Shown here: positions 49,060 to 59,985 of the stretch, piece by piece
Layout of the letters: every line of letters begins with the position of its first letter
Numbering within the stretch: the first letter of the stretch is position 1
Assembly (NCBI RefSeq): GCF_036588685.1
Contig: NC_086375.1
Location: 16,306,001-16,370,000 of the forward strand
Source: Mytilus trossulus
Taxonomy: Eukaryota
Direction of reading: 5' to 3'
DNA: 64,000 nucleotides
The notes under the pieces: model-generated
The model's database searches: none
Seen by the model: the letters and a program-made list of their open reading frames with translations, nothing else
Told to the model about the DNA's origin: nothing
Position numbers and translations under genes: made by a program

Positions 49060-50212
49060 TTTAAACTGGCGTGGATGTGATGTGATAAAGATACCAAATA
49101 GTGAAATGCAAGCCTTATATAGTAAATCGCCCGATATGGCCTCTTCCATGTCTTGATGTTCAAGGGGAGACAAGTCTAAATAAATGCTTCCTTACATGAT
49201 AAAATAGTACATTTTTGGAAATAGCTCCCCTTTTCATTAATGGTACCTACTCTTGCAAACGGTTAACATTTCTAAGGCATTTTTCTTATATGTTTACCGT
49301 TGCCATAAACTTTTCCATAGCTTGTGACTGCGATGTTTACCGTAACCATACAAATTCTATTAAAGGTTTACCGTAGCTCAACTAGTATAAGTATACTCTG
49401 CAGTTTACCGTTTCTTCGCACGCTGAAGGTTTACCACAACAAACAACGATATTAAATCACTGTCTGAATGTTCAAGGGGATATTTGCTTCCAATTTATTC
49501 AATGAGTTTCGGATTAGAAATGAATTCCACAGAAGGCAAAAAAAAAACTGTATGCTGATACGGTAAACTGGACTATAAAGTATAATACTGGGTCCTTTTA
49601 TTTTGGTATTGCATCTTTCTTTACCGTACCCTCATACAATTAGTTTACCTAGAAATGTCTTTGCTCTGAGCAGATAATATCAGCAACGTCATAGTGTTTG
49701 AGGAGAAGTTATCAGCGACCGTCACAAGACGTTGTCAGGCCTACGTTTGTCAAGCGCAAACCAGTTCAAAAGAGGGGGCGAATAGTGAAAGAACGAATAC
49801 GAGAGTATAGGTGTTCAGCCGCTCGACGCAAGGTGAAGCTCTCTGGCTCGCGGCTGATATGTTTCCGATATCAATAGACAGAAACTATGAAATCATTACC
49901 TATCAATATCCTTATCTTGTTTCTCAAACATTTAATACAAAGAAACGGGAAACTGAAATGTTAAAGGATTGTTTGGTGATACGGTAAACTAGACTAAAAA
50001 TAGTCTTAATCACTTAGCAGTGTCTCATTGATAAAACAAGAGGTATAAGATGTGCCAATCCTTAAAGGAATGTAGACCAAACGTTAACATGTGTTTACCG
50101 TAACCGCATATCGTATTTGATCACGGTTTACCGTAACAACAGCTCAGACAAAAAAAAAAGGCATCCTTGAAATCACAACATATTGTGATTTCAAGGATGC
50201 TTAATTATGTGT

Positions 50213-50950
50213 TTAAAACTGGCTCAAGGCAAGACGGACTGAGCTTGCATTAGCGCGTTTTTCAACAGAGGGTTCAAGCATAGAGGAGATGAGAGACTTT
50301 AACGTTTCGTTAGTGTTTTCTGGGAAAGAGAGGGTGTTGGAGATTTGAGATTGGACCATAGAGGTAGCGTCACTATCGGAGAATGGGAAAGCTCCGAAGA
50401 GCATGACGTAGAGCATAACTCCCATACTCCACATATCGGCTTTCATGGCGTTGTGTTCCATTCCCATAATAACTTCTGGGGCAGCGTATGGGAGGGTTCC
50501 ACAAAATTCTTCAGATTCGGCAACAATATCGGACGACTTGGCAAATCCAAAGTCGGCCAATTTGACACAACCATTAGACAACAAGACGTTTTCTAATTTA
50601 ATGTCATTGTGGGCGATTCCAATTGAGTGGCAGTATTCGATTGCTTTGACAACCTGAGAGAAGAGAGAGAGGGTGGCTTCAACGGACATGAGACCGTTTT
50701 TCATTATGTATTCAAAGACATCTCCGAATTCAGCGAATTCCATCAAAACGAAGGCAAATTCTTCGGCTTCGATGATTTCAATGGCTTCGACGATGTTTTC
50801 GTGTTTGAGGCTGAGAAAAGCTTCAAACTCAGTTGAGGTTTTGATGACTTTCTTTATTGCAACTTTACCGAATATTTCGCTAGAGGCAGAGAAAACTTCT
50901 TCAGTAAGAGCTACAACATTTGAGAGTCCACTGTTCATTAAAAATTCCAT
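50213..50950 (-). CDS. TSSK-like kinase copy 26
   Basis: Intact ORF, consensus. Confidence 0.9.
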   Translation of the reverse strand: MEFLMNSGLSNVVALTEEVFSASSEIFGKVAIKKVIKTSTEFEAFLSLKHENIVEAIEIIEAEEFAFVLMEFAEFGDVFEYIMKNGLMSVEATLSLFSQVVKAIEYCHSIGIAHNDIKLENVLLSNGCVKLADFGFAKSSDIVAESEEFCGTLPYAAPEVIMGMEHNAMKADMWSMGVMLYVMLFGAFPFSDSDATSMVQSQISNTLSFPENTNETLKSLISSMLEPSVEKRANASSVRLALSQF

Positions 50951-52102
50951 TTTAAACTGGCGTGGATGTGATGTGATAAAGATACCAAATAGTGAAATGC
51001 AAGCCTTATATAGTAAATCGCCCGATATGGCCTCTTCCATGTCTTGATGTTCAAGGGGAGACAAGTCTAAATAAATGCTTCCTTACATGATAAAATAGTA
51101 CATTTTTGGAAATAGCTCCCCTTTTCATTAATGGTACCTACTCTTGCAAACGGTTAACATTTCTAAGGCATTTTTCTTATATGTTTACCGTTGCCATAAA
51201 CTTTTCCATAGCTTGTGACTGCGATGTTTACCGTAACCATACAAATTCTATTAAAGGTTTACCGTAGCTCAACTAGTATAAGTATACTCTGCAGTTTATC
51301 GTTTCTTCGCACGCTGAAGGTTTACCACAACAAACAACGATATTAAATCACTGTCTGAATGTTCAAGGGGATATTTGCTTCCAATTTATTCAATGAGTTT
51401 CGGATTAGAAATGAATTCCACAGAAGACAAAAAAAAACTGTATGCTGATACGGTAAACTGGACTATAAAGTATAATACTGGGTCCTTTTATTTTGGTATT
51501 GCATCTTTCTTTACCGTACCCTCATACAATTAGTTTACCTAGAAATGTCTTTGCTCTGAGCAGATAATATCAGCAACGTCATAGTGTTTGAGGAGAAGTT
51601 ATCAGCGACCGTCACAAGACGTTGTCAGGCCTACGTTTGTCAAGCGCAAACCAGTTCAAAAGAGGGGGCGAATAGTGAAAGAACGAATACGAGAGTATAG
51701 GTGTTCAGCCGCTCGACGCAAGGTGAAGCTCTCTGGCTCGCGGCTGATATGTTTCCGATATCAATAGACAGAAACTATGAAATCATTACCTATCAATATC
51801 CTTATCTTGTTTCTCAAACATTTAATACAAAGAAACGGGAAACTGAAATGTTAAAGGATTGTTTGGTGATACGGTAAACTAGACTAAAAATAGTCTTAAT
51901 CACTTAGCAGTGTCTCATTGATAAAACAAGAGGTATAAGATGTGCCAATCCTTGAAGGAATGTAGACCAAACGTTAACATGTGTTTACCGTAACCGCATA
52001 TCGTATTTGATCACGGTTTACCGTAACAACAGCTCAGACAAAAAAAAAAAGCATCCTTGAAATCACAACATATTGTGATTTCAAGGATGCTTAATTATGT
52101 GT

Positions 52103-52840
52103 TTAAAACTGGCTCAAGGCAAGACGGACTGAGCTTGCATTAGCGCGTTTTTCAACAGAGGGTTCAAGCATAGAGGAGATGAGAGACTTTAACGTTTCGT
52201 TAGTGTTTTCTGGGAAAGAGAGGGTGTTGGAGATTTGAGATTGGACCATAGAGGTAGCGTCACTATCGGAGAATGGGAAAGCTCCGAAGAGCATGACGTA
52301 GAGCATAACTCCCATACTCCACATATCGGCTTTCATGGCGTTGTGTTCCATTCCCATAATAACTTCTGGGGCAGCGTATGGGAGGGTTCCACAAAATTCT
52401 TCAGATTCGGCAACAATATCGGACGACTTGGCAAATCCAAAGTCGGCCAATTTGACACAACCATTAGACAACAAGACGTTTTCTAATTTAATGTCATTGT
52501 GGGCGATTCCAATTGAGTGGCAGTATTCGATTGCTTTGACAACCTGAGAGAAGAGAGAGAGGGTGGCTTCAACGGACATGAGACCGTTTTTCATTATGTA
52601 TTCAAAGACATCTCCGAATTCAGCGAATTCCATCAAAACGAAGGCAAATTCTTCGGCTTCGATGATTTCAATGGCTTCGACGATGTTTTCGTGTTTGAGG
52701 CTGAGAAAAGCTTCAAACTCAGTTGAGGTTTTGATGACTTTCTTTATTGCAACTTTACCGAATATTTCGCTAGAGGCAGAGAAAACTTCTTCAGTAAGAG
52801 CTACAACATTTGAGAGTCCACTGTTCATTAAAAATTCCAT
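52103..52840 (-). CDS. TSSK-like kinase copy 27
   Basis: Intact ORF, consensus. Confidence 0.9.
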   Translation of the reverse strand: MEFLMNSGLSNVVALTEEVFSASSEIFGKVAIKKVIKTSTEFEAFLSLKHENIVEAIEIIEAEEFAFVLMEFAEFGDVFEYIMKNGLMSVEATLSLFSQVVKAIEYCHSIGIAHNDIKLENVLLSNGCVKLADFGFAKSSDIVAESEEFCGTLPYAAPEVIMGMEHNAMKADMWSMGVMLYVMLFGAFPFSDSDATSMVQSQISNTLSFPENTNETLKSLISSMLEPSVEKRANASSVRLALSQF

Positions 52841-53992
52841 TTTAAACTGGCGTGGATGTGATGTGATAAAGATACCAAATAGTGAAATGCAAGCCTTATA
52901 TAGTAAATCGCCCGATATGGCCTCTTCCATGTCTTGATGTTCAAGGGGAGACAAGTCTAAATAAATGCTTCCTTACATGATAAAATAGTACATTTTTGGA
53001 AATAGCTCCCCTTTTCATTAATGGTACCTACTCTTGCAAACGGTTAACATTTCTAAGGCATTTTTCTTATATGTTTACCGTTGCCATAAACTTTTCCATA
53101 GCTTGTGACTGCGATGTTTACCGTAACCATACAAATTCTATTAAAGGTTTACCGTAGCTCAACTAGTATAAGTATACTCTGCAGTTTACCGTTTCTTCGC
53201 ACGCTGAAGGTTTACCACAACAAACAACGATATTAAATCACTGTCTGAATGTTCAAGGGGATATTTGCTTCCAATTTATTCAATGAGTTTCGGATTAGAA
53301 ATGAATTCCACAGAAGACAAAAAAAAAACTGTATGCTGATACGGTAAACTGGACTATAAAGTATAATACTGGGTCCTTTTATTTTGGTATTGCATCTTTC
53401 TTTACCGTACCCTCATACAATTAGTTTACCTAGAAATGTCTTTGCTCTGAGCAGATAATATCAGCAACGTCATAGTGTTTGAGGAGAAGTTATCAGCGAC
53501 CGTCACAAGACGTTGTCAGGCCTACGTTTGTCAAGCGCAAACCAGTTCAAAAGAGGGGGCGAATAGTGAAAGAACGAATACGAGAGTATAGGTGTTCAGC
53601 CGCTCGACGCAAGGTGAAGCTCTCTGGCTCGCGGCTGATATGTTTCCGATATCAATAGACAGAAACTATGAAATCATTACCTATCAATATCCTTATCTTG
53701 TTTCTCAAACATTTAATACAAAGAAACGTGAAACTGAAATGTTAAAGGATTGTTTGGTGATACGGTAAACTAGACTAAAAATAGTCTTAATCACTTAGCA
53801 GTGTCTCATTGATAAAACAAGAGGTATAAGATGTGCCAATCCTTGAAGGAATGTAGACCAAACGTTAACATGTGTTTACCGTAACCGCATATCGTATTTG
53901 ATCACGGTTTACCGTAACAACAGCTCAGACAAAAAAAAAGGCATCCTTGAAATCACAACATATTGTGATTTCAAGGATGCTTAATTATGTGT

Positions 53993-54730
53993 TTAAAACT
54001 GGCTCAAGGCAAGACGGACTGAGCTTGCATTAGCGCGTTTTTCAACAGAGGGTTCAAGCATAGAGGAGATGAGAGACTTTAACGTTTCGTTAGTGTTTTC
54101 TGGGAAAGAGAGGGTGTTGGAGATTTGAGATTGGACCATAGAGGTAGCGTCACTATCGGAGAATGGGAAAGCTCCGAAGAGCATGACGTAGAGCATAACT
54201 CCCATACTCCACATATCGGCTTTCATGGCGTTGTGTTCCATTCCCATAATAACTTCTGGGGCAGCGTATGGGAGGGTTCCACAAAATTCTTCAGATTCGG
54301 CAACAATATCGGACGACTTGGCAAATCCAAAGTCGGCCAATTTGACACAACCATTAGACAACAAGACGTTTTCTAATTTAATGTCATTGTGGGCGATTCC
54401 AATTGAGTGGCAGTATTCGATTGCTTTGACAACCTGAGAGAAGAGAGAGAGGGTGGCTTCAACGGACATGAGACCGTTTTTCATTATGTATTCAAAGACA
54501 TCTCCGAATTCAGCGAATTCCATCAAAACGAAGGCAAATTCTTCGGCTTCGATGATTTCAATGGCTTCGACGATGTTTTCGTGTTTGAGGCTGAGAAAAG
54601 CTTCAAACTCAGTTGAGGTTTTGATGACTTTCTTTATTGCAACTTTACCGAATATTTCGCTAGAGGCAGAGAAAACTTCTTCAGTAAGAGCTACAACATT
54701 TGAGAGTCCACTGTTCATTAAAAATTCCAT
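53993..54730 (-). CDS. TSSK-like kinase copy 28
   Basis: Intact ORF, consensus. Confidence 0.9.
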   Translation of the reverse strand: MEFLMNSGLSNVVALTEEVFSASSEIFGKVAIKKVIKTSTEFEAFLSLKHENIVEAIEIIEAEEFAFVLMEFAEFGDVFEYIMKNGLMSVEATLSLFSQVVKAIEYCHSIGIAHNDIKLENVLLSNGCVKLADFGFAKSSDIVAESEEFCGTLPYAAPEVIMGMEHNAMKADMWSMGVMLYVMLFGAFPFSDSDATSMVQSQISNTLSFPENTNETLKSLISSMLEPSVEKRANASSVRLALSQF

Positions 54731-55605
54731 TTTAAACTGGCGTGGATGTGATGTGATAAAGATACCAAATAGTGAAATGCAAGCCTTATATAGTAAATCG
54801 CCCGATATGGCCTCTTCCATGTCTTGATGTTCAAGGGGAGACAAGTCTAAATAAATGCTTCCTTACATGATAAAATAGTACATTTTTGGAAATAGCTCCC
54901 CTTTTCATTAATGGTACCTACTCTTGCAAACGGTTAACATTTCTAAGGCATTTTTCTTATATGTTTACCGTTGCCATAAACTTTTCCATAGCTTGTGACT
55001 GCGATGTTTACCGTAACCATACAAATTCTATTAAAGGTTTACCGTAGCTCAACTAGTATAAGTATACTCTGCAGTTTACCGTTTCTTCGCACGCTGAAGG
55101 TTTACCACAACAAACAACGATATTAAATCACTGTCTGAATGTTCAAGGGGATATTTGCTTCCAATTTATTCAATGAGTTTCGGATTAGAAATGAATTCCA
55201 CAGAAGACAAAAAAAAAACTGTATGCTGATACGGGAAACTGGACTATAAAGTATAATACTGGGTCCTTTTATTTTGGTATTGCATCTTTCTTTACCGTAC
55301 CCTCATACAATTAGTTTACCTAGAAATGTCTTTGCTCTGAGCAGATAATATCAGCAACGTCATAGTGTTTGAGGAGAAGTTATCAGCGACCGTCACAAGA
55401 CGTTGTCAGGCCTACGTTTGTCAAGCGCAAACCAGTTCAAAAGAGGGGGCGAATAGTGAAAGAACGAATACGAGAGTATAGGTGTTCAGCCGCTCGACGC
55501 AAGGTGAAGCTCTCTGGCTCGCGGCTGATATGTTTCCGATATCAATAGACAGAAACTATGAAATCATTACCTATCAATATCCTTATCTTGTTTCTCAAAC
55601 ATTTA

Positions 55606-56261
55606 GGGTGCTATAAACAGTTTCGTACTAAAAACTAGGGGTATTTCCCCAGTGAGATTTACATACTGATGGAATTCCCTGCTATTTATATACCACTAAA
55701 TGAAAAAGTTGATTGTTTTTTATGTTCAATGTGAAAAACATATATTGAAGTTCAATTAAAATGCCACTTTTGTCAAGATTTAAAAAAAAAAAAATGTTTT
55801 TGTGACTTCCTACTATATGGGAGGCAACTCCATAAACAGCTGATTTTCACCTGTTGCAAAAAGCACTTTGATTTGTCAGGTAAGATAGCTCCTTTCGGAG
55901 CAGGCGAACGTAGGCTGAAACTACATTTTCTTAAATCAGCCGGACAAGCTCTTCGAAATGCATATTATAAGAAATCTCAAATATATGCACAGGTTACTGA
56001 TCCATGTGTCCAAAGGTGGTCTGTTTTTAAGGTTTTTTAGGGGGAAAATGCCTAATTTCCAGCTGATAACTTGTACCAATTTGCATGTTTAAACAAGAGA
56101 TGTTGGATTTTTTTTTATTTATTCAGACAGTTCATAGAATTATCTTTCCATTGATGTATAGATATCTATATAACTATGAATATCTGACTTCTGCATGATG
56201 GGTCCACTATTACATGCCCTGTTACAGAATGACGTCGCGTAAAAAACTGTTGATTGCACCC
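55606..56261. mobile_element. Non-autonomous DNA transposon (PIF/Harbinger, Tourist-like MITE), 656 bp
   Basis: TIRs GGGTGCTATAAACAGTTT and AAACTGTTGATTGCACCC (16/18 match). TTA target duplication at 55603-55605 and 56262-56264. The other units show the empty site CATTTAATAC, and this unit is longer by 659 bp. Confidence 0.9.
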
Positions 56262-56541
56262 TTAATACAAAGAAACGGGAAACTGAAATATTAAAGGATT
56301 GTTTGGTGATACGGTAAACTAGACTAAAAATAGTCTTAATCACTTAGCAGTGTCTCATTGATAAAACAAGAGGTATAAGATGTGCCAATCCTTGAAGGAA
56401 TGTAGACCAAACGTTAACATGTGTTTACCGTAACCGCATATCGTATTTGATCACGGTTTACCGTAACAACAGCTCAGACAAAAAAAAAGGCATCCTTGAA
56501 ATCACAACATATTGTGATTTCAAGGATGCTTAATTATGTGT

Positions 56542-57279
56542 TTAAAACTGGCTCAAGGCAAGACGGACTGAGCTTGCATTAGCGCGTTTTTCAACAGAGG
56601 GTTCAAGCATAGAGGAGATGAGAGACTTTAACGTTTCGTTAGTGTTTTCTGGGAAAGAGAGGGTGTTGGAGATTTGAGATTGGACCATAGAGGTAGCGTC
56701 ACTATCGGAGAATGGGAAAGCTCCGAAGAGCATGACGTAGAGCATAACTCCCATACTCCACATATCGGCTTTCATGGCGTTGTGTTCCATTCCCATAATA
56801 ACTTCTGGGGCAGCGTATGGGAGGGTTCCACAAAATTCTTCAGATTCGCCAACAATATCGGACGACTTGGCAAATCCAAAGTCGGCCAATTTGACACAAC
56901 CATTAGACAACAAGACGTTTTCTAATTTAATGTCATTGTGGGCGATTCCAATTGAGTGGCAGTATTTGATTGCTTTGACAACCTGAGAGAAGAGAGAGAG
57001 GGTGGCTTCAACGGACATGAGACCGTTTTTCATTATGTATTCAAAGACATCTCCGAATTCAGCGAATTCCATCAAAACGAAGGCAAATTCTTCGGCTTCG
57101 ATGATTTCAATGGCTTCGACGATGTTTTCGTGTTTGAGGCTGAGAAAAGCTTCAAACTCAGTTGAGGTTTTGATGACTTTCTTTATTGCAACTTTAACGA
57201 ATATTTCGCTAGAGGCAGAGAAAACTTCTTCAGTAAGAGCTACAACATTTGAGAGTCCACTGTTCATTAAAAATTCCAT
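56542..57279 (-). CDS. TSSK-like kinase copy 29 (G66V, E143K, A182G)
   Basis: Intact ORF with three private missense changes. Confidence 0.87.
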   Translation of the reverse strand: MEFLMNSGLSNVVALTEEVFSASSEIFVKVAIKKVIKTSTEFEAFLSLKHENIVEAIEIIEAEEFAFVLMEFAEFGDVFEYIMKNGLMSVEATLSLFSQVVKAIKYCHSIGIAHNDIKLENVLLSNGCVKLADFGFAKSSDIVGESEEFCGTLPYAAPEVIMGMEHNAMKADMWSMGVMLYVMLFGAFPFSDSDATSMVQSQISNTLSFPENTNETLKSLISSMLEPSVEKRANASSVRLALSQF

Positions 57280-58431
57280 TTTAAACTGGCGTGGATGTGA
57301 TGTGATAAAGATACCAAATAGTGAAATGCAAGCCTTATATAGTAAATCGCCCGATATGGCCTCTTCCATGTCTTGATGTTCAAGGGGAGACAAGTCTAAA
57401 TAAATGCTTCCTTACATGATAAAATAGTACATTTTTGGAAATAGCTCCCCTTTTCATTAATGGTACCTACTCTTGCAAACGGTTAACATTTCTAAGGCAT
57501 TTTTCTTATATGTTTACCGTTGCCATAAACTTTTCCATAGCTTGTGACTGCGATGTTTACCGTAACCATACAAATTCTATTAAAGGTTTACCGTAGCTCA
57601 ACTAGTATAAGTATACTCTGCAGTTTACCGTTTCTTCGCACGCTGAAGGTTTACCACAACAAACAACGATATTAAATCACTGTCTGAATGTTCAAGGGGA
57701 TATTTGCTTCCAATTTATTCAATGAGTTTCGGATTAGAAATGAATTCCACAGAAGACAAAAAAAAAACTGTATGCTGATACGGGAAACTGGACTATAAAG
57801 TATAATACTGGGTCCTTTTATTTTGGTATTGCATCTTTCTTTACCGTACCCTCATACAATTAGTTTACCTAGAAATGTCTTTGCTCTGAGCAGATAATAT
57901 CAGCAACGTCATAGTGTTTGAGGAGAAGTTATCAGCGACCGTCACAAGACGTTGTCAGGCCTACGTTTGTCAAGCGCAAACCAGTTCAAAAGAGGGGGCG
58001 AATAGTGAAAGAACGAATACGAGAGTATAGGTGTTCAGCCGCTCGACGCAAGGTGAAGCTCTCTGGCTCGCGGCTGATATGTTTCCGATATCAATAGACA
58101 GAAACTATGAAATCATTACCTATCAATATCCTTATCTTGTTTCTCAAACATTTAATACAAAGAAACGGGAAACTGAAATATTAAAGGATTGTTTGGTGAT
58201 ACGGTAAACTAGACTAAAAATAGTCTTAATCACTTAGCAGTGTCTCATTGATAAAACAAGAGGTATAAGATGTGCCAATCCTTGAAGGAATGTAGACCAA
58301 ACGTTAACATGTGTTTACCGTAACCGCATATCGTATTTGATCACGGTTTACCGTAACAACAGCTCAGACAAAAAAAAAGGCATCCTTGAAATCACAACAT
58401 ATTGTGATTTCAAGGATGCTTAATTATGTGT

Positions 58432-58953
58432 TTAAAACTGGCTCAAGGCAAGACGGACTGAGCTTGCATTAGCGCGTTTTTCAACAGAGGGTTCAAGCAT
58501 AGAGGAGATGAGAGACTTTAACGTTTCGTTAGTGTTTTCTGGGAAAGAGAGGGTGTTGGAGATTTGAGATTGGACCATAGAGGTAGCGTCACTATCGGAG
58601 AATGGGAAAGCTCCGAAGAGCATGACGTAGAGCATAACTCCCATACTCCACATATCGGCTTTCATGGCGTTGTGTTCCATTCCCATAATAACTTCTGGGG
58701 CAGCGTATGGGAGGGTTCCACAAAATTCTTCAGATTCGGCAACAATATCGGACGACTTGGCAAATCCAAAGTCGGCCAATTTGACACAACCATTAGACAA
58801 CAAGACGTTTTCTAATTTAATGTCATTGTGGGCGATTCCAATTGAGTGGCAGTATTCGATTGCTTTGACAACCTGAGAGAAGAGAGAGAGGGTGGCTTCA
58901 ACGGACAAATTCTCCAACCGGCAACTTCTTCGGTTTCGATAATTTCAATGGCT
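58432..58953 (-). pseudogene. TSSK-like kinase copy 30, 5'-truncated (C-lobe only)
   Basis: Matches consensus to 58907. A short diverged N-lobe remnant follows (58920-58953), then unrelated sequence. No promoter, start ATG or VAIK. Confidence 0.88.
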
Positions 58954-59384
58954 AATTCATTCTCTGGTTAAAAATAGGTGATTTACTCAGATGATCATCC
59001 ACCGTGCACATTTCACAATCACACAAAATGTCAGAATTTTCGAAAGTATGACGATTATTCTTTGAGAAAAATATAAATTCAATCAGCTTACCATACTTAT
59101 CATCAAGTAACAATATCCCATTTACAACATGGAAGTTTTAATAAGGATTTTTAAGGGACTTTATTCGTGGGTACTGAACTGGTATCCCGTCAACTGGAAT
59201 CCTACTCTATATTGGATAAAATGCGATTTGATAGTTACTTAAAAAAAAATGGAAAATAAATTTGTTGTAGACAGTTTTTTATAAAAGGTTTTTCATATCA
59301 AATTATGTATATCCTCAAGAATAATATATAATGTATTTCTTGGCTGCAAGAATTTCATGAACTTTTTGAAAATAAAAATACCAG

Positions 59385-59985
59385 CTCAAAAGAGGGACGA
59401 AAGATACCAGAGACAGTCAAATTCAAAGATCGAAAATAACTGACAACACCATGGCTTAAAATGAAAAAAGACATTTACAGACAAATACGAGTACACAAGA
59501 CACAACATAGAAAACTATAGGTTGCATTTCTGTTAATATTGACAATGCAATTTTCCATAGGAACTCCTTTTCGGCTAAAACTGTACCAATTTTACTATGA
59601 AGTTTTATCCTAGAATTGAAAATTTATATGCACTACAATTTTTTTTCAAAGGTCAAAATATAGGGCTGTGCAGATATTTTCAACGTTTATATGCCCTGAA
59701 CTTTTCAGAGTTTAAACTCACACTAATTTTCTTAACTACCCCTAACCTCGAATGAAGGGTTACTACAGATTTCAATGTAAACAATATGCACATGTATATT
59801 TACTGGTAACATTCCCAAGTTATGTCTCTATGAGATGGAACACAAGAGAGCATAACTGGGGACCATTATGTAAACAAAATTAATTTTCTACTAATATTCT
59901 AAATCTCCCCAAAAGAGGCGTGGTTTAAGAAACAGCTGTATTTGCAAAGTGCAACCTATAAACTAAGCATAACGAACCCCACCAT
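59385..59985 (+). repeat. Interspersed repeat (resembles a high-copy Mytilus-type element), interrupted by a TIR element
   Basis: AAGAGGGACGAAAGATACCAGA...ACAAGACACAACATAGAAAACTA, continuing as AACTAAGCATAACGAACCCCACC after the insertion. Recognised from memory only. Confidence 0.5.
59520..59956. mobile_element. Non-autonomous TIR element (MITE), ~437 bp
   Basis: Ends GGTTGCATTT and AAGTGCAACC (9/10 inverted match), flanked on both sides by TATA (59516-59519, 59957-59960). The TSD is TA or TATA. Confidence 0.65.

Larger units (their letters stand above)
1999..58953 (-). repeat. Tandem gene array (macrosatellite-like): ~1,890-bp unit, 30 kinase copies
   Basis: Kinase stop codons recur at 3054, 4944, 6836, 8705 ... 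53993, 56542, 58432. Spacing is mostly 1,889-1,892 bp, shorter where deletions occur and 2,549 bp where a MITE is inserted. Units are near-identical in both CDS and spacer. Confidence 0.98.

Noticed and set aside
56140-56343. 67-aa ORF across the MITE junction
   Set aside because: A chance ORF spanning spacer and MITE end; not transposase-like.
3186-58876. Recurrent plus-strand ORFs of 64-128 aa in every unit
   Set aside because: They are antisense shadows of the kinase CDS with no recognisable domains, and they recur only because the unit is repeated.
58908-58917. New N-terminus (MENL) for copy 30
   Set aside because: It begins at TTG in junction sequence, with no promoter and no N-lobe.
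1999-58953. CRISPR array or prokaryotic operon interpretation (hairpin plus U-tract, regular repeats)
   Set aside because: The units are 1.9 kb with identical spacers, there are no cas genes, and the context is eukaryotic (TATA box, CAMK-type kinase, MITEs, gene-poor flanks).
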